Of a stretch of 64,000 nt of DNA, positions 38,050 to 49,700 are shown in pieces. A program made the translations under genes and the position numbers. The DNA comes from a virus, in IMG/VR virus record IMGVR_UViG_3300024255_000011, positions 32,001 to 96,000 of that record. One strand, written 5' to 3'. Below the pieces are notes generated by a model. The model ran no database searches, was not told the DNA's origin, and saw nothing but the letters and a program-made list of their open reading frames with translations. The stretch's first letter is position 1. Each line of letters opens with the position of its first letter.

Positions 38050-40338
38050 TTATTTATTCCTTCTAAGTTTGAGGGTCTGAATGGGAAGAGTTCGAAGCTC
38101 ATCGAAGGCGTATGCTCTTGCCCAAAGCCCATAGTTGTGTCTCAAAGTGACATTTTCAACAGGATGAATAATATCTGGGCCAGCTAAACCATCTGGATCA
38201 GCTGGATCTAAAGGAGCTCCAGGTTCAATTGTGTTGTGGGTAATCCTCTTTGTTTGTGTAATGGTTTGTTCTGTTGCTAAACTCACATAACCATTCACAT
38301 CCATTGTAGATCCGAGCATCCACTCATTATCTACAGTGTAAATCATGTGTTGGTTGAGTAGCACCTCAATGCGAACACAGGAAATTCCATTCACACACTG
38401 AGATCCTGGTGGACATCCACCTGCGGGATCACACGGCGCAATAGATATGCCACTTAATGAAGGTGGGTTAGTAAGGTTCTCTGTGAATCCCCAACTTGGA
38501 TTGGACACTACACTTGGTGAGTTTCCATCTCCACTATTGTTTAGATAAAAATCACCCACCACTGGATTATTGGGTGGCGGATCTCCTGCGTTCCAATCTC
38601 CTTTGAATCTTAAAGATCCAGGAATGTTAAGGTTCACCAGTTGTGATCCATCACCAATAAACCCACCATTCTCAATTAAAACATTACCATTTTTAATTGT
38701 CAGGTTATTCTCAATGTCTACATTTTGATCGAAATCTGCATCACAAACAACGTTCAGTGTTCCGTTGAGTTGGAAATGATCGAAACAATTTTTGCCAACA
38801 GTTAAGTTGTGATCAATAGTTACATCACCATCAAAGTAGGCGTCACACTTAGTGTTAAGTTGTCCAAGAATGTTAATGTTATCATTTAAACAATCTTTAC
38901 CAAGATTGATATCCCCTCCACCAACATTGATGTCTCCAAGAAGATTAAGGTCTCCTTCAACATCAAGGTCACAAGAAACAGTTACATTACCATTCAACTC
39001 AATGTCTGGTGCTGTGTCACACTCCTCTCCAGGGGGTCCAATAATGTGAGGACCATCACCAGTAACATTAATGTTATTAAGTGTTGTGTCACCCTTTACA
39101 TCAAGGTCACAGTTGATTTCTACATTACCATTCAATTCAATGGGACTGTCATCACAATCTTCATTCTTATCTCCAACTGTCAGTCCGCCATCAACCTGTA
39201 AATCTCCTTTTAGGTGACTATCTCCACCAACTTCAAGATCACACTGAATGTCAACACTTCCATTCAACAAAATTTCTGGTGGGTCATCATCACAATCAAC
39301 ATCACTAGGTCCAATGCTGTGAGGACCATCACCATTGACTTGTAAATTACCTTCAACTGTTAAATCACAATTGATTGTTGTTGGTGCATCAATTGTAACT
39401 GAACCTTCCAGACATCCATTGCTCCCTAAGAGGACATCACCCAATACAGTTAAATCGTTTTCAACATTTAAATTACCTTCAACTGTAAGGTCATTAGCAA
39501 TCTTGATATCACACAGGACATAAACATTCCCGTTTAGATTAATTTGATTGGTGTTTGATCGACACTGGGTATCAGGGTTTCCAATGTTTATGGTGCCACC
39601 AATAACATCAAAATTAACATCGCCACCAACTGTTAGTTCTTTATCTACTGTAAGATCACACTTGACTGTTGTGTTGCCATTGAGAATGATTTCATTATTA
39701 CATCCACTACCAATTGTGGCATCACCTTTGATTGTAAGATCACCATCACCAAGAATATCCCCACCAATGACTGCATCACCGCCTAAATCAAACCCACACT
39801 CTGCAACCAATTCACCTTTGATTAGGATTTTATTATCACAATCAGTTCCTAGGGTTGAATCTCCATCAATAATAAGGTCTCCACCACCTGAAATATCTCC
39901 ACCAACATCCAAATCTCCGCCAAGATTCAATCCACCATCCATATTAACGAGGCAGTTAAATCTTGTGGTGTTATTGATAGTGAGTGTGTAAAAACACGCC
40001 TTATCAAAATTACCAATCACCACATTGCCATTGACAATCTCAGTGGTTCCTGCCTGGTTGGTTCTTATTCTGTCTCTTCCGTGGGTAACAATGATAAAGG
40101 TGCCATAATCACTCCCATAAATGCCTGACGTAGCATCTCCAATTGCAACAGAAGGATAATCACGTTCACCTAGTGGGAAAGTGATTCCATTTGAAATAGT
40201 ACCAATTGAATTCTTAAGATCTCTCCAATCTACTCTGTATGTGAGATCATTTGTAGCGTCATTGATGATAATAGAATCATTATCTTCAATGTTTTGAATC
40301 TCAGGTAACTGAGTGATTCTAATATCATCGTAAGCCAT
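38050..40338 (-). CDS. Beta-helix-type fibre protein with paired-cysteine repeats
   Basis: IRITQLP N-terminal domain; 'FPLG...PSVAI...SGIY' fibre motif; ten 'C...I.LNG.V...CDL.V.GDL' repeats; C-terminal FDELRTLP. Confidence 0.8.
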   Translation of the reverse strand: MAYDDIRITQLPEIQNIEDNDSIIINDATNDLTYRVDWRDLKNSIGTISNGITFPLGERDYPSVAIGDATSGIYGSDYGTFIIVTHGRDRIRTNQAGTTEIVNGNVVIGNFDKACFYTLTINNTTRFNCLVNMDGGLNLGGDLDVGGDISGGGDLIIDGDSTLGTDCDNKILIKGELVAECGFDLGGDAVIGGDILGDGDLTIKGDATIGSGCNNEIILNGNTTVKCDLTVDKELTVGGDVNFDVIGGTINIGNPDTQCRSNTNQINLNGNVYVLCDIKIANDLTVEGNLNVENDLTVLGDVLLGSNGCLEGSVTIDAPTTINCDLTVEGNLQVNGDGPHSIGPSDVDCDDDPPEILLNGSVDIQCDLEVGGDSHLKGDLQVDGGLTVGDKNEDCDDSPIELNGNVEINCDLDVKGDTTLNNINVTGDGPHIIGPPGEECDTAPDIELNGNVTVSCDLDVEGDLNLLGDINVGGGDINLGKDCLNDNINILGQLNTKCDAYFDGDVTIDHNLTVGKNCFDHFQLNGTLNVVCDADFDQNVDIENNLTIKNGNVLIENGGFIGDGSQLVNLNIPGSLRFKGDWNAGDPPPNNPVVGDFYLNNSGDGNSPSVVSNPSWGFTENLTNPPSLSGISIAPCDPAGGCPPGSQCVNGISCVRIEVLLNQHMIYTVDNEWMLGSTMDVNGYVSLATEQTITQTKRITHNTIEPGAPLDPADPDGLAGPDIIHPVENVTLRHNYGLWARAYAFDELRTLPIQTLKLRRNK

Positions 40339-40354
40339 AACGCTTTTTAGTTAT

Positions 40355-41446
40355 TTAGATTTTGCGGTTAGGAAGAGTCTTAATTCTATGAAAATCGACG
40401 TTTCCATTAGGATAAACAATAAGGTTGCCACCATTAGATAATCTAAAGACCCCGCTTAGCGTTTTGTCACCGTCGATGTTTTGGGTGCCATCAATTCTGA
40501 CAACAGTATGATCCACCTCAATGTACCAACCTGTGTCCTCAAAGGCATTTGCATTGGGACGCTCCAGACAAGGATGATCTGTTGGAAGTCCTGTGTTTGG
40601 ATCAACATCAGCTGTGTTAGTTCCACCCATCAAGGTTTCTACGTTGATGCCTGATGACATCATAGTGCCACCAACATTAGTCTCACCATCAGACAGGACA
40701 TCCAAGTCCCCCTTACCAATCATATTATCGTCAATATCTTCAAGGATCTTATTAAGATCCATTATCTCCTCTGCGTTTCTCCACTGAACTGTCGTGTCTG
40801 GGCCATTTGATGTCAGAATCTGATTCTGTTTACCGAAATCAATCAGCACACCCCATCTCAATCCCCAAGCACCATAACGATTAATCCTCAACCATTCAGT
40901 TCTATCAACATGAAAGGTTAAAGGATGAGCACCAACAGATTGTACTGATGGATCTCCACCTGTTGTCCTTGTAGATGAACCTAAGAACAGCTCGTTATCA
41001 TTGTTACCCAATCTAATGAGGACATTTCCCTCATTAACATGAACCATTTCCTCTGGGAAGTCAGTTCCAATACCAACATATTGCTCACTTATAACAACTG
41101 CTCTTGTTCCGCCAGTTGTTACACCAATGGTGTTGTCTCTTGGTCTATAGAATCCAGTGTTATCGTCCTTAATAAAGGTGATTGATGGTCTTAACTCAGT
41201 ACCATCAATGAATTTTACAATTCCTCTAAGAATAATTTCATTATCAATGTCATCACCACCACCGCCGCCACCACCTGGACCACTGCCAGGAGGATAAACA
41301 CCACTTAGGTGTCCCCAACTGATGGCATGAGTCTCAAATACTTCAAGACCTGACTTTTTGACGTCAATTACCAGGAGGTCATCATACGAAAACTCATCTA
41401 TTCTTGGTAATTCGCTAATTAGAATGTCTTGTAAGCAGTCAGACAT
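40355..41446 (-). CDS. Fibre protein
   Basis: ILISELP N-terminal domain; 'FIDGTELRPSITF..DDNTGFY', 'VGIGTDFP' and 'QILTSNG' fibre motifs; C-terminal FHRIKTLP. Confidence 0.8.
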   Translation of the reverse strand: MSDCLQDILISELPRIDEFSYDDLLVIDVKKSGLEVFETHAISWGHLSGVYPPGSGPGGGGGGGDDIDNEIILRGIVKFIDGTELRPSITFIKDDNTGFYRPRDNTIGVTTGGTRAVVISEQYVGIGTDFPEEMVHVNEGNVLIRLGNNDNELFLGSSTRTTGGDPSVQSVGAHPLTFHVDRTEWLRINRYGAWGLRWGVLIDFGKQNQILTSNGPDTTVQWRNAEEIMDLNKILEDIDDNMIGKGDLDVLSDGETNVGGTMMSSGINVETLMGGTNTADVDPNTGLPTDHPCLERPNANAFEDTGWYIEVDHTVVRIDGTQNIDGDKTLSGVFRLSNGGNLIVYPNGNVDFHRIKTLPNRKI

Positions 41447-41472
41447 GAGATGTACCCTTTTTGTTATTTATT

Positions 41473-41844
41473 TTAGTTGTATCCGCCATGATCAATGAAC
41501 AATAATCCATTTAGGACCTGTTGCACTGACCCATTCACGTCTGTCATGTTAACACTATACACATATTTACCTTGCTGAAACCCTAAAGTGGACTCTTTTG
41601 GTAAGCTTAGAGCATAAACACCACCATTACCATCCACAACTCTCGTATCCAATGGATAAGCTAGGTAAACTGGTTTCTCTGATGTGCTACAAACAGCGTT
41701 GATGGCTCCTGGATACTTAGTAAAGGAAGCAGAAAACTTACATCCTGTGATGTTCATGGGTGATTTATCTGGATTGGCAAGATAAAACTCCTGACCAAAG
41801 TCAGTTCCACCGGTCACGCTTAAATTTACTTGATAATTAGACAT
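41473..41844 (-). CDS. Small virion structural protein (baseplate-associated beta-sandwich type)
   Basis: 'VNLSV..GTDF.QEF.L...P.NITG...G.YVY.V.MTD..G....VLNG' pattern seen in T4-like cyanophage structural regions. Confidence 0.7.
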   Translation of the reverse strand: MSNYQVNLSVTGGTDFGQEFYLANPDKSPMNITGCKFSASFTKYPGAINAVCSTSEKPVYLAYPLDTRVVDGNGGVYALSLPKESTLGFQQGKYVYSVNMTDVNGSVQQVLNGLLFIDHGGYN

Positions 41845-41846
41845 GA

Positions 41847-42116
41847 CTATCCTTTACCTTTGGGTGCATTCCTTAAGTTTTCTAACCAATAAAACTCATA
41901 TCCTCTCGTTCTAATAGTGTCATCTGGATCTCTTGGAGTCAGTCTTTGACTAAAGTCATCTCTGACCCAGTGATTCTGAGCATCATCTTTATCAACATAC
42001 ACATCCCACTTATAACCATCAAACACATATTCGATGCCATTTGCAGGATCAATCCAACTATCACCAGCCCCTGGTTCATTTGGAAAATTTAATTCTAGGT
42101 GGGCACAGTTGGTCAT
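41847..42116 (-). CDS. Small putative adaptor protein
   Basis: LNFPNEP...YVFDGYKW domain and C-terminal YEFYWLENL; late promoter at 42135-42141. Confidence 0.7.
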   Translation of the reverse strand: MTNCAHLELNFPNEPGAGDSWIDPANGIEYVFDGYKWDVYVDKDDAQNHWVRDDFSQRLTPRDPDDTIRTRGYEFYWLENLRNAPKGKG

Positions 42117-42140
42117 TGTTAAACCTCTTTTTGATATTTA

Positions 42141-43487
42141 TTAGTACTTAATACAGTAACTGACTGTAATGTTTTTGGGTCTGGTCTCACTGGTGTATGT
42201 GTTAGTTTGATTAACTGATGTTCCAATCAGTTGTGGTGCACTTTCTTCAGTTTCAACAGTTGTTCCTGTATTAGCACTGAATGGTGTTCCACCTCTCACT
42301 GAGTCAGATTGATATTCTCCAAATTGTCTACTTGGATCTGCGTCTTGATTGGCACCAGCGTCAAATCCACGAATAAAGTTACCTCTTGCGTCTGGCAACT
42401 TAACATTGGAGTTAGTGCTGTAAGATGTACCTAACACAGAATGTAGTTTAGTAGTATCAATCATCATTCCTTGAACTGATGTCATTCCACTCTGAATTAC
42501 ATCTCCATTACATAACAGATATCCAGCTGGGGGAAGTTCTGATGCAAACATAATAATGGTACCAACAGGATTAGAGAATCCTGCACTATCTGCATCTCTA
42601 TCAAGAACTGCAGCAGTAACTACTCCATCACTATCATCCAGGTCAGTTGCCAACCTAACAACACCCTTGATTGTTTCTGTGGCATCTGGAATCATATCTC
42701 CACCACTACTCTTAAGGAATGCTGGGGTAAGAGCAACATTATTAGATCCTTCATCTCCAGATTTAGCAAACCTAACTGCACCCTTTTGAGTTGTAGTGGC
42801 ATCTTTAATTGAAATGTTTGTGGTGCCACTTGGACTTGTAACTGTAATTGGTGTTGTGCCAGTGATGGATCCACCACCTGAACTGCCACCTCCACCAGAT
42901 CCACCGCCTGATCCTCCTGTTACTTCATTCCAGGATCCTGGATCCTCTGCATCATAAACCCACAACGCACCTGTTCCACTGTTATACCATATCTGTCCAT
43001 CTTTGGGACTTTGTGGTTGTATGTCTGAAACAATAGCTAATGCTTCTGCTCCACCATCAGATGCTGCTGTGTTGGTGATAACCCACTGACAAGAGCCAAC
43101 TGCTCCCTCAACATCATGATCTGGTTCATCACAATAATAAACATATAAGTTTCCTTCAATACTATGCCACCACAACCAACCTTCTCTTGCATTCTCAGGA
43201 GGATAAGGTGCACAAACAACAGGCACACCAAGAAATCCAGATCCCCCACCTGTCATAATGGGAATCCAATCCCCACCTTTATAAACATAAAGCATCCTGT
43301 CAGGATGATTCCACCACAAGAAACCCTCTAACTTAATAGAAGGTTCCTCATCTGTACTTGTAATTACAGGGGGTTGAATGGCAGTTTCCCAACCACCAAC
43401 AGATCCATTGAAGATGTATTTGAGACCTGAAGCAGGATCAATATGAATCTGCTTATCAGTGGGGTTATTTGGAAAATTTAGTGCCAT
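42141..43487 (-). CDS. Tail fibre protein with tail-collar domain (gp12-like)
   Basis: PVGTIIMFA...PAGYLLCNG...LPDARGNFIRG...ETRPKNITVSYCIKY collar domain; ATxxxKGxVRxA gp34/gp12-type repeats; N-terminal FPNNP domain and three GxLWW repeats. Confidence 0.85.
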   Translation of the reverse strand: MALNFPNNPTDKQIHIDPASGLKYIFNGSVGGWETAIQPPVITSTDEEPSIKLEGFLWWNHPDRMLYVYKGGDWIPIMTGGGSGFLGVPVVCAPYPPENAREGWLWWHSIEGNLYVYYCDEPDHDVEGAVGSCQWVITNTAASDGGAEALAIVSDIQPQSPKDGQIWYNSGTGALWVYDAEDPGSWNEVTGGSGGGSGGGGSSGGGSITGTTPITVTSPSGTTNISIKDATTTQKGAVRFAKSGDEGSNNVALTPAFLKSSGGDMIPDATETIKGVVRLATDLDDSDGVVTAAVLDRDADSAGFSNPVGTIIMFASELPPAGYLLCNGDVIQSGMTSVQGMMIDTTKLHSVLGTSYSTNSNVKLPDARGNFIRGFDAGANQDADPSRQFGEYQSDSVRGGTPFSANTGTTVETEESAPQLIGTSVNQTNTYTSETRPKNITVSYCIKY

Positions 43488-43693
43488 TATTTGTTAATCA
43501 ATTGTTGTAATAAAGATTTGATTTCGTCAATCTCATTTCTCAGATCCGTGATGTCATCTTGTGATCTTAAGTTTTGTTTAGATTGTTCTCTGGCGATTCT
43601 ATATCTAGATCGCTCAGAGTTATCGTGGTTTATAATGACACCAGAATCGATGTCTTTATAAATGTTGACGTGTCCTTCTACTTTAGCTTTCAT
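43487..43693 (-). CDS. Conserved small hypothetical protein following the VrlC-like gene
   Basis: KVEGHxNIYKDxxSGVIIN...EIDEIKSLLQQL, a pattern familiar from T4-like cyanophages. Confidence 0.8.
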   Translation of the reverse strand: MKAKVEGHVNIYKDIDSGVIINHDNSERSRYRIAREQSKQNLRSQDDITDLRNEIDEIKSLLQQLINK

Positions 43694-43701
43694 GATATTA
43701 T

Positions 43702-46700
43702 TTATTCTGACACAACAAGTTGCATGTCATCAATCAATGGTGCCAAGGCTGGATTGTTCGATGTCATAACTATCTTGATTGAAATGGCATCAAACTTAGC
43801 CAAATCCTGTGCAGACCAGGTAAGTGATTGCCACTCATTTGCCTGAATCATTGCTGGGTCAACACTATCTGTGGATCTTGGTTTGATAAGATTCACATTG
43901 TTAGGTAAACCTGGAGTCCTGTAAAGAGGTAATGTCTGAGAGTAATCAGGATCAGTTGGCCAGATGATTTCATTATCTTCTGTAACTCTTCTCTGCTCAT
44001 CAGGTAGAACCTGATTAGGATTGAAGGGAATCCATGGAATCGAAGTAATGTCAGCATCAAACCCAATGTTACGAGGTCTGTAGTAAACCTTGATGGAATC
44101 AGCGGAATAGTAAACTGAAGACAACTTCAATTCAATTCCATCACACATATTTTCAAAGACGAACAACTTAGATGTCCACTTTGCAAACACACTACCAACA
44201 ACTTCTGTTTCTGGTGAGAAGACCTGAGATTGTCTGTTAACAACCTGTTTGATGCCAATGTCATTCAATTCACTCTTACTGAACACTGAAGATCTTCTGA
44301 TCTTATCTCCTGGTTCGGTGTAAACCATGATTGACTTCTTGTTGCCTTCAACTGCAGCAACTTTTGTGGAAATGTTATCAATGTCAAGTTGTTCTCCAAC
44401 CTTAAGATCCACTCTCTCATTGAATGTGATAACCTTAGTGGTAGCACCAAGTGATGATGTGAGAGGTTTTGGATAATCAATCAAGTTACGAACCAAAGTC
44501 ATGTTAGTGCGTTGGATGTCAAACACTGGTGACACCTTATTATCCACACTACTCATTCTGATGGTAGTTTCAATTGACTTCTCTCCTCTCATGTGAATTC
44601 CATCATTATACTTAAGTTCATTCAAGTAGTTTGCCACTTGCATGGGTTCGTTATAATAATAACTCTCCATCAATTGAATTGGAACAATGTCATCCAAAAT
44701 GTAATTGTTATTTTGGTTATACTTGATTTCTTTACCCTCACTGTCCAACATAACAGGACTTAGACCAACAGTTTGTGTTGCTCTGTTAGTTGCACCTACC
44801 AGAGATGAACTATAAACCACAAGTCCAGTGTATGCATTAATCACCTCATAGGGTCTTCCATAAGAACATCTGATGTTAGAACCACCACCCTTGAGAGTAA
44901 GGGTTGATGGTGTACTTACCATAATGCTGAAGTGGTGAAGATCAACATCTAATACTTCATGTAAATTATTAATTTCTTCAATTGGAATTCCACCCACTGA
45001 ATCTCCATCAGTTCCAGTACCAGTTACACCACTGATAGCACAATAGTCACCAACAGAAAGACCGTGGTTATACTGATAGACCTTTAGGACTCTGGGGTTC
45101 ATACCAAAGATCCTTGAACTACGTGATACATCCAGAGAACTCGTTTCAATAGAATCCAGTTCTAGTACCTTATCAAACAAAGGTGCGTTTTGAAGGATGA
45201 TGTTAGCAGAAACATTAGGTTCGAAGTCTGCTCTTCTGAGAGTAAACTTCATATCTTGTGTCTGATCCTCTGTCCACAACGCTCCATTTTGTGACTTGAA
45301 TAGTGAACCCAATACAGCGTTTCTTGTTACTCTGGTATTGGTTCCTACAATGTCCTCACCAAGTTTAGAAACATAAGATCTGTACTCAAGTGAGTTAGGA
45401 GAAGTAAGAACAACAGCGTACTCAGTGTTGCCCATCAAGTAAACAGGTGAACTAAACTTAAATGTAGTGGGTACACTTCCATCATCTGAGGTGGCAACAC
45501 CCATGATGACTCCAGGAGTGGAGTCTTTGACCCTACAACCTGCTTCTGCGTTACCTCCCTCACCAATGATGGTTACTTGAGGAACTCTTGTGTAACCAGA
45601 TCCTGGGTCTGTTAGAATGATTTCATAAACCTGTCCATCATGACCAGGAACGTACATGGATGGATCCATCACATTATCATTGATTGGTGCAACCTTTACA
45701 ACACCTGTTGCAGTTCTGCCACCAGGAAGTTCTGGAATGGAGAACTCAACAACAGTCGTGTCATCATATTTTGTTCCCATGTTAGTCAGATCAACTCTTG
45801 TGATCTCAACTTCATCATTACAAATTGTGAAGGTGGGTTCTGCTTTGATTCCAACTAAGTTAGGACAAGTAACAATTTCACCTGGAATAAAGTCGCCATC
45901 ATAGTTACTCAGAATGACATTGTAAACCTTATTCTGAACATTGGCACCTGGGTTGGCAGTTGGAGATTCAAACGTTACGTTGGATTTTATAACACCAGTG
46001 GCACCACTTTCAGTTCCATTGAGTTCGAATCCATTCTGTAGAACTGACAAATCAACATCAGTAGGTAACTCACATCTGACTCTTAGGATAGTGTCAGGAC
46101 TCTTTGTGACATGAGAATGAGGCAAGATAGTGGTTGTTGGAATTGCACCATCTGTAGTAACAATGAATGCGTGAACTCCATGTACATTATCCTTGGATGA
46201 GAAGAATGCATCAAGTTCTGTTAAGAAAATTCCATCTGGGTTAGTATCGTCAACCAGGAATGTTTGAGCAATAGGATCTTGGTGTACAGGTTCAGGGTCC
46301 CTGATAATGATTCTCTCAATCACATCTGGTCCTCTAACATCCACATCAACATCAGATATGCCAGTTGATGTTAGAGTTCTTGATTGTTGATCAGTCTGTG
46401 TTGTTCTAGACTGAATGTCAGGTAGTCTGGTTGCAACAATGGTTTCCTGTTTATCCAGCATAATTCCACTGGAGGTAAACATCTTCTCTGCGTAACCTTC
46501 GAGATCCTGTTCATTCTTAGTATTAGTTGGAGAAGTAGTGAATCTCAGTAACCTGCTTCCTGTTGCAAATGATCTGGTTGGACCAGAAGTTTGATACTGG
46601 ATAGAACTCATTCTTCCGTTGAACTGAGTTCCTGGAACAGGTGGTCTACCATTAGGAATGATAAACTCACCCTGAAGAACACCATCACCATCAGAAATTA

Positions 46701-49700
46701 GTGGTACACCAAATCCTTTTCTGTGTCTGTTTGGTGGAGCAACATATCTCTTTTTGCCATCAGGGAAGTCAGATAACATCTCATCAATTGAACACCAAGC
46801 AGTTACATCGATGTCATCAAAGAAAGCATAATATCTGGTGTTGGGTTTCAGTCTCGTGGCGGTGAAATCGATACCACCAGATCTCATTGTCTCTTGTAAC
46901 TGAACATCTGTTACCCTGTCACCATAAGAAGTTCTCTTGATTGATGAAGTGTTAACATTAAATGTTGTTTGTGTTTGACTTCTAACCTGTTGTGTGGACT
47001 CAGTGGTTTCTGTAATGTTTACAGTTGCTCTACCATTTTGAGATTGTCTGGTGGATGAAGTAGAGGAAATTCCTGTGGTTTCCCAATCACCCCAAACAGT
47101 TCCCAATCCAGATGTACGCATTTCATCAGTCAGATTAACCATTGCATCAAACAATGTGTTATCTTCAATGACCAAGTTTGGAAGTCTGGTAACATCTCTA
47201 AACGTATCAATTTCAGGATCCAGTACTAGATTACCTTTGTAGGTAAACACAGAATAAGGTTGGAGATTTACTGTTCCAGTCGCAAATGGGTTCGTTGTGA
47301 ACACACTTTGCTTATAAGGTACAGTAATGATACCATTATTATTAATGTAATTACTTCCTTGACGTTGAAGATCTGTTTGATTCTTCTCTTCCAACTCCAC
47401 TTGATCTGTGAAGTGTGGTGCTCTCAGGTGTGAGAACTTGGGATCAATACTATTTCTGTAAGGAATTGTGCCAACATCACCCTTAGAGTGATTAGCAAAT
47501 GTATCAACAACAATACCATTCTTAAATCTATCAAGACCTGTTACTGCATCCCTTACACTCATATTGAGTGCACCCTGCTCTAACAGTGACAAGGTAACCA
47601 CCTGGTGGATGTTATCAACCTTTCTGTCAATGGCAGCAATGTCTGCCATTGTATAACGTCTATAATTAAACTTCTTGACGTGAATGTCTTCTACTGAGAA
47701 TGTATAAGCAGGAAGGTAAAGGTCATACAACCTGATTGCAGTTGTGATGTCTGAAGGACGACGGGGACTGATTGCTGCATTACCCTCCAAGAGGATCATC
47801 TTACCATTCTTATCCAAGAAGAGTGAATCAATTCTTGGTAAGTAGTACTCAAGATCAGATTGGAATGGAGTGAATGGAATGGGTAGTCTTGGAACAAATC
47901 CATTACCACCATTAGAAGTGTCTCTATAGTTTATAGCATTGAAAGAGGACACACCATCAACAATGGTTGGAATCTTACTTTCTTTAGAGTTCGCACCCTC
48001 AGCAAGAGTGTTAACAATTGGTCTGAAGTCCACACAATCCCTGAGTTCAACAACTGTGCCTTCTTTATCAGAGAGTTGAAGAGGAAGGTTTCTGCCTCTT
48101 ACAAAGGTTGGGATGTCCTTATAAGGAACTCCTAAGTCATGTGTATATGAGTCAACACTGAAGAAGTCACCATCACCAGAATGTTCAAAGTACTGAAGAT
48201 CAACATAAAGAGTATCCACTGCTGGTGGCATACCAGGTTTTAGATAGATTCTTGAAATGTCATAGAAATTATCTCTCTGACCATCATCTAACAGATAGTT
48301 TACAGTAACATCAACTGCTCCAGGTTCACCTGGTGCTGCTCCCATTGTAATTTGATTGATCTTATGTACATCAGCAATTCCCAGTGATAACAAGGAGTTT
48401 GAAGGAATCTTAGAGATCTCAGTTAAGAGGTCTGATGTTTGTGGTTCAATTTCAATAAGTGTATTCTTATCTAACTTTTGTTTTGCAATTGCATCAATAA
48501 CTTGTGTTGGGGCAAGAACCTTGATGGTACAGTTTGATGGTACAGGTTCTGAAAGTTCAAACTGTGCTTGTCTGTTATCATCCTGGTTGAGAATGACATT
48601 GGTAACAACAATGCTTCTACCAACAGGTGTTACAGATGATCCACCAGTGTTCCTAATGATGGCAATGTTAACTCCAGAGGGGTCAGTAACAAACCTTTCA
48701 TTATCTCTGTCAGTGGACAATGTGATGCTGGTAGCACCTTGAACAGCACTCTCAACAAACTGTCTATAAACTCTATAATTGATTCTTGTGGTGATTGGAT
48801 CACTTTGGAGACTTGCTACAGTCTTAACTGGGAGACTAAAGACCAAATCCTGATCTTCATTCCCTTTACTCTTCACTCTAATTCTTTGGACAGTCTTACC
48901 TGTGACTTTATCAGGAAGTGCAGTGGTAAAGTAAATGGTGGATTGTGATCTCTGCTCACCATAACCAACAGGTTTGGTTGCAAACAACACCAGTTTAGAA
49001 ACTGATTTACCTGTGTCATCTACAAATGTTACAACATCATTGGCAATCAATTCTTCTGATGCATCACCTGAGAAGTTATCACATGTGATAAAGTTCTGTC
49101 CTGCAACACCAGAGAAGAGTGACCTGTCTGCAACATCATAAACTTCCGCATCAACATTGTTCTGAACTGAAATGTCAGCAGAGAACTTATCAAGGTTACT
49201 TGCAGTTAGGTTTGAGTAGATCGACTTGGTTTTGGTAATCGTGTTACTGATTTTACCTGGTGCAGTAATAGCATAACCCTTTGCTTTTGAGTTGTTTGTC
49301 TCAAGAACATAGTTTACTCTCTCATTCAGGATACTACCTTCTGGGTAGGGGAAGTTATAAAGTTTCTTACGTCCTTCTGATGTTGGGACAAACTTGTTTA
49401 GGAATGCATTGTAAGTGAAGTGTGTTCCAATCTCAAGAGTTGTTTTTGCTCCAATGGCAGACACTTTAATTTCAGTATCAGTTCCCAAGTCACCATTAGT
49501 GGTTCCTGCTGTGTAGAACTGGAAGTCCACAACCTCATTAGATTTTATAAGTCTCGAAATCTTTCTATTTGATGTTCCTTCAACAATTTGTACGAGGTTC
49601 TCACCATTCTGGAATCCACCAATTACATTGGATACCAACAAAAAGTCCTTAGACGATCCTGGTTCTACTGTTGCAAAGGATTGGGATTGCTGACCAAACA

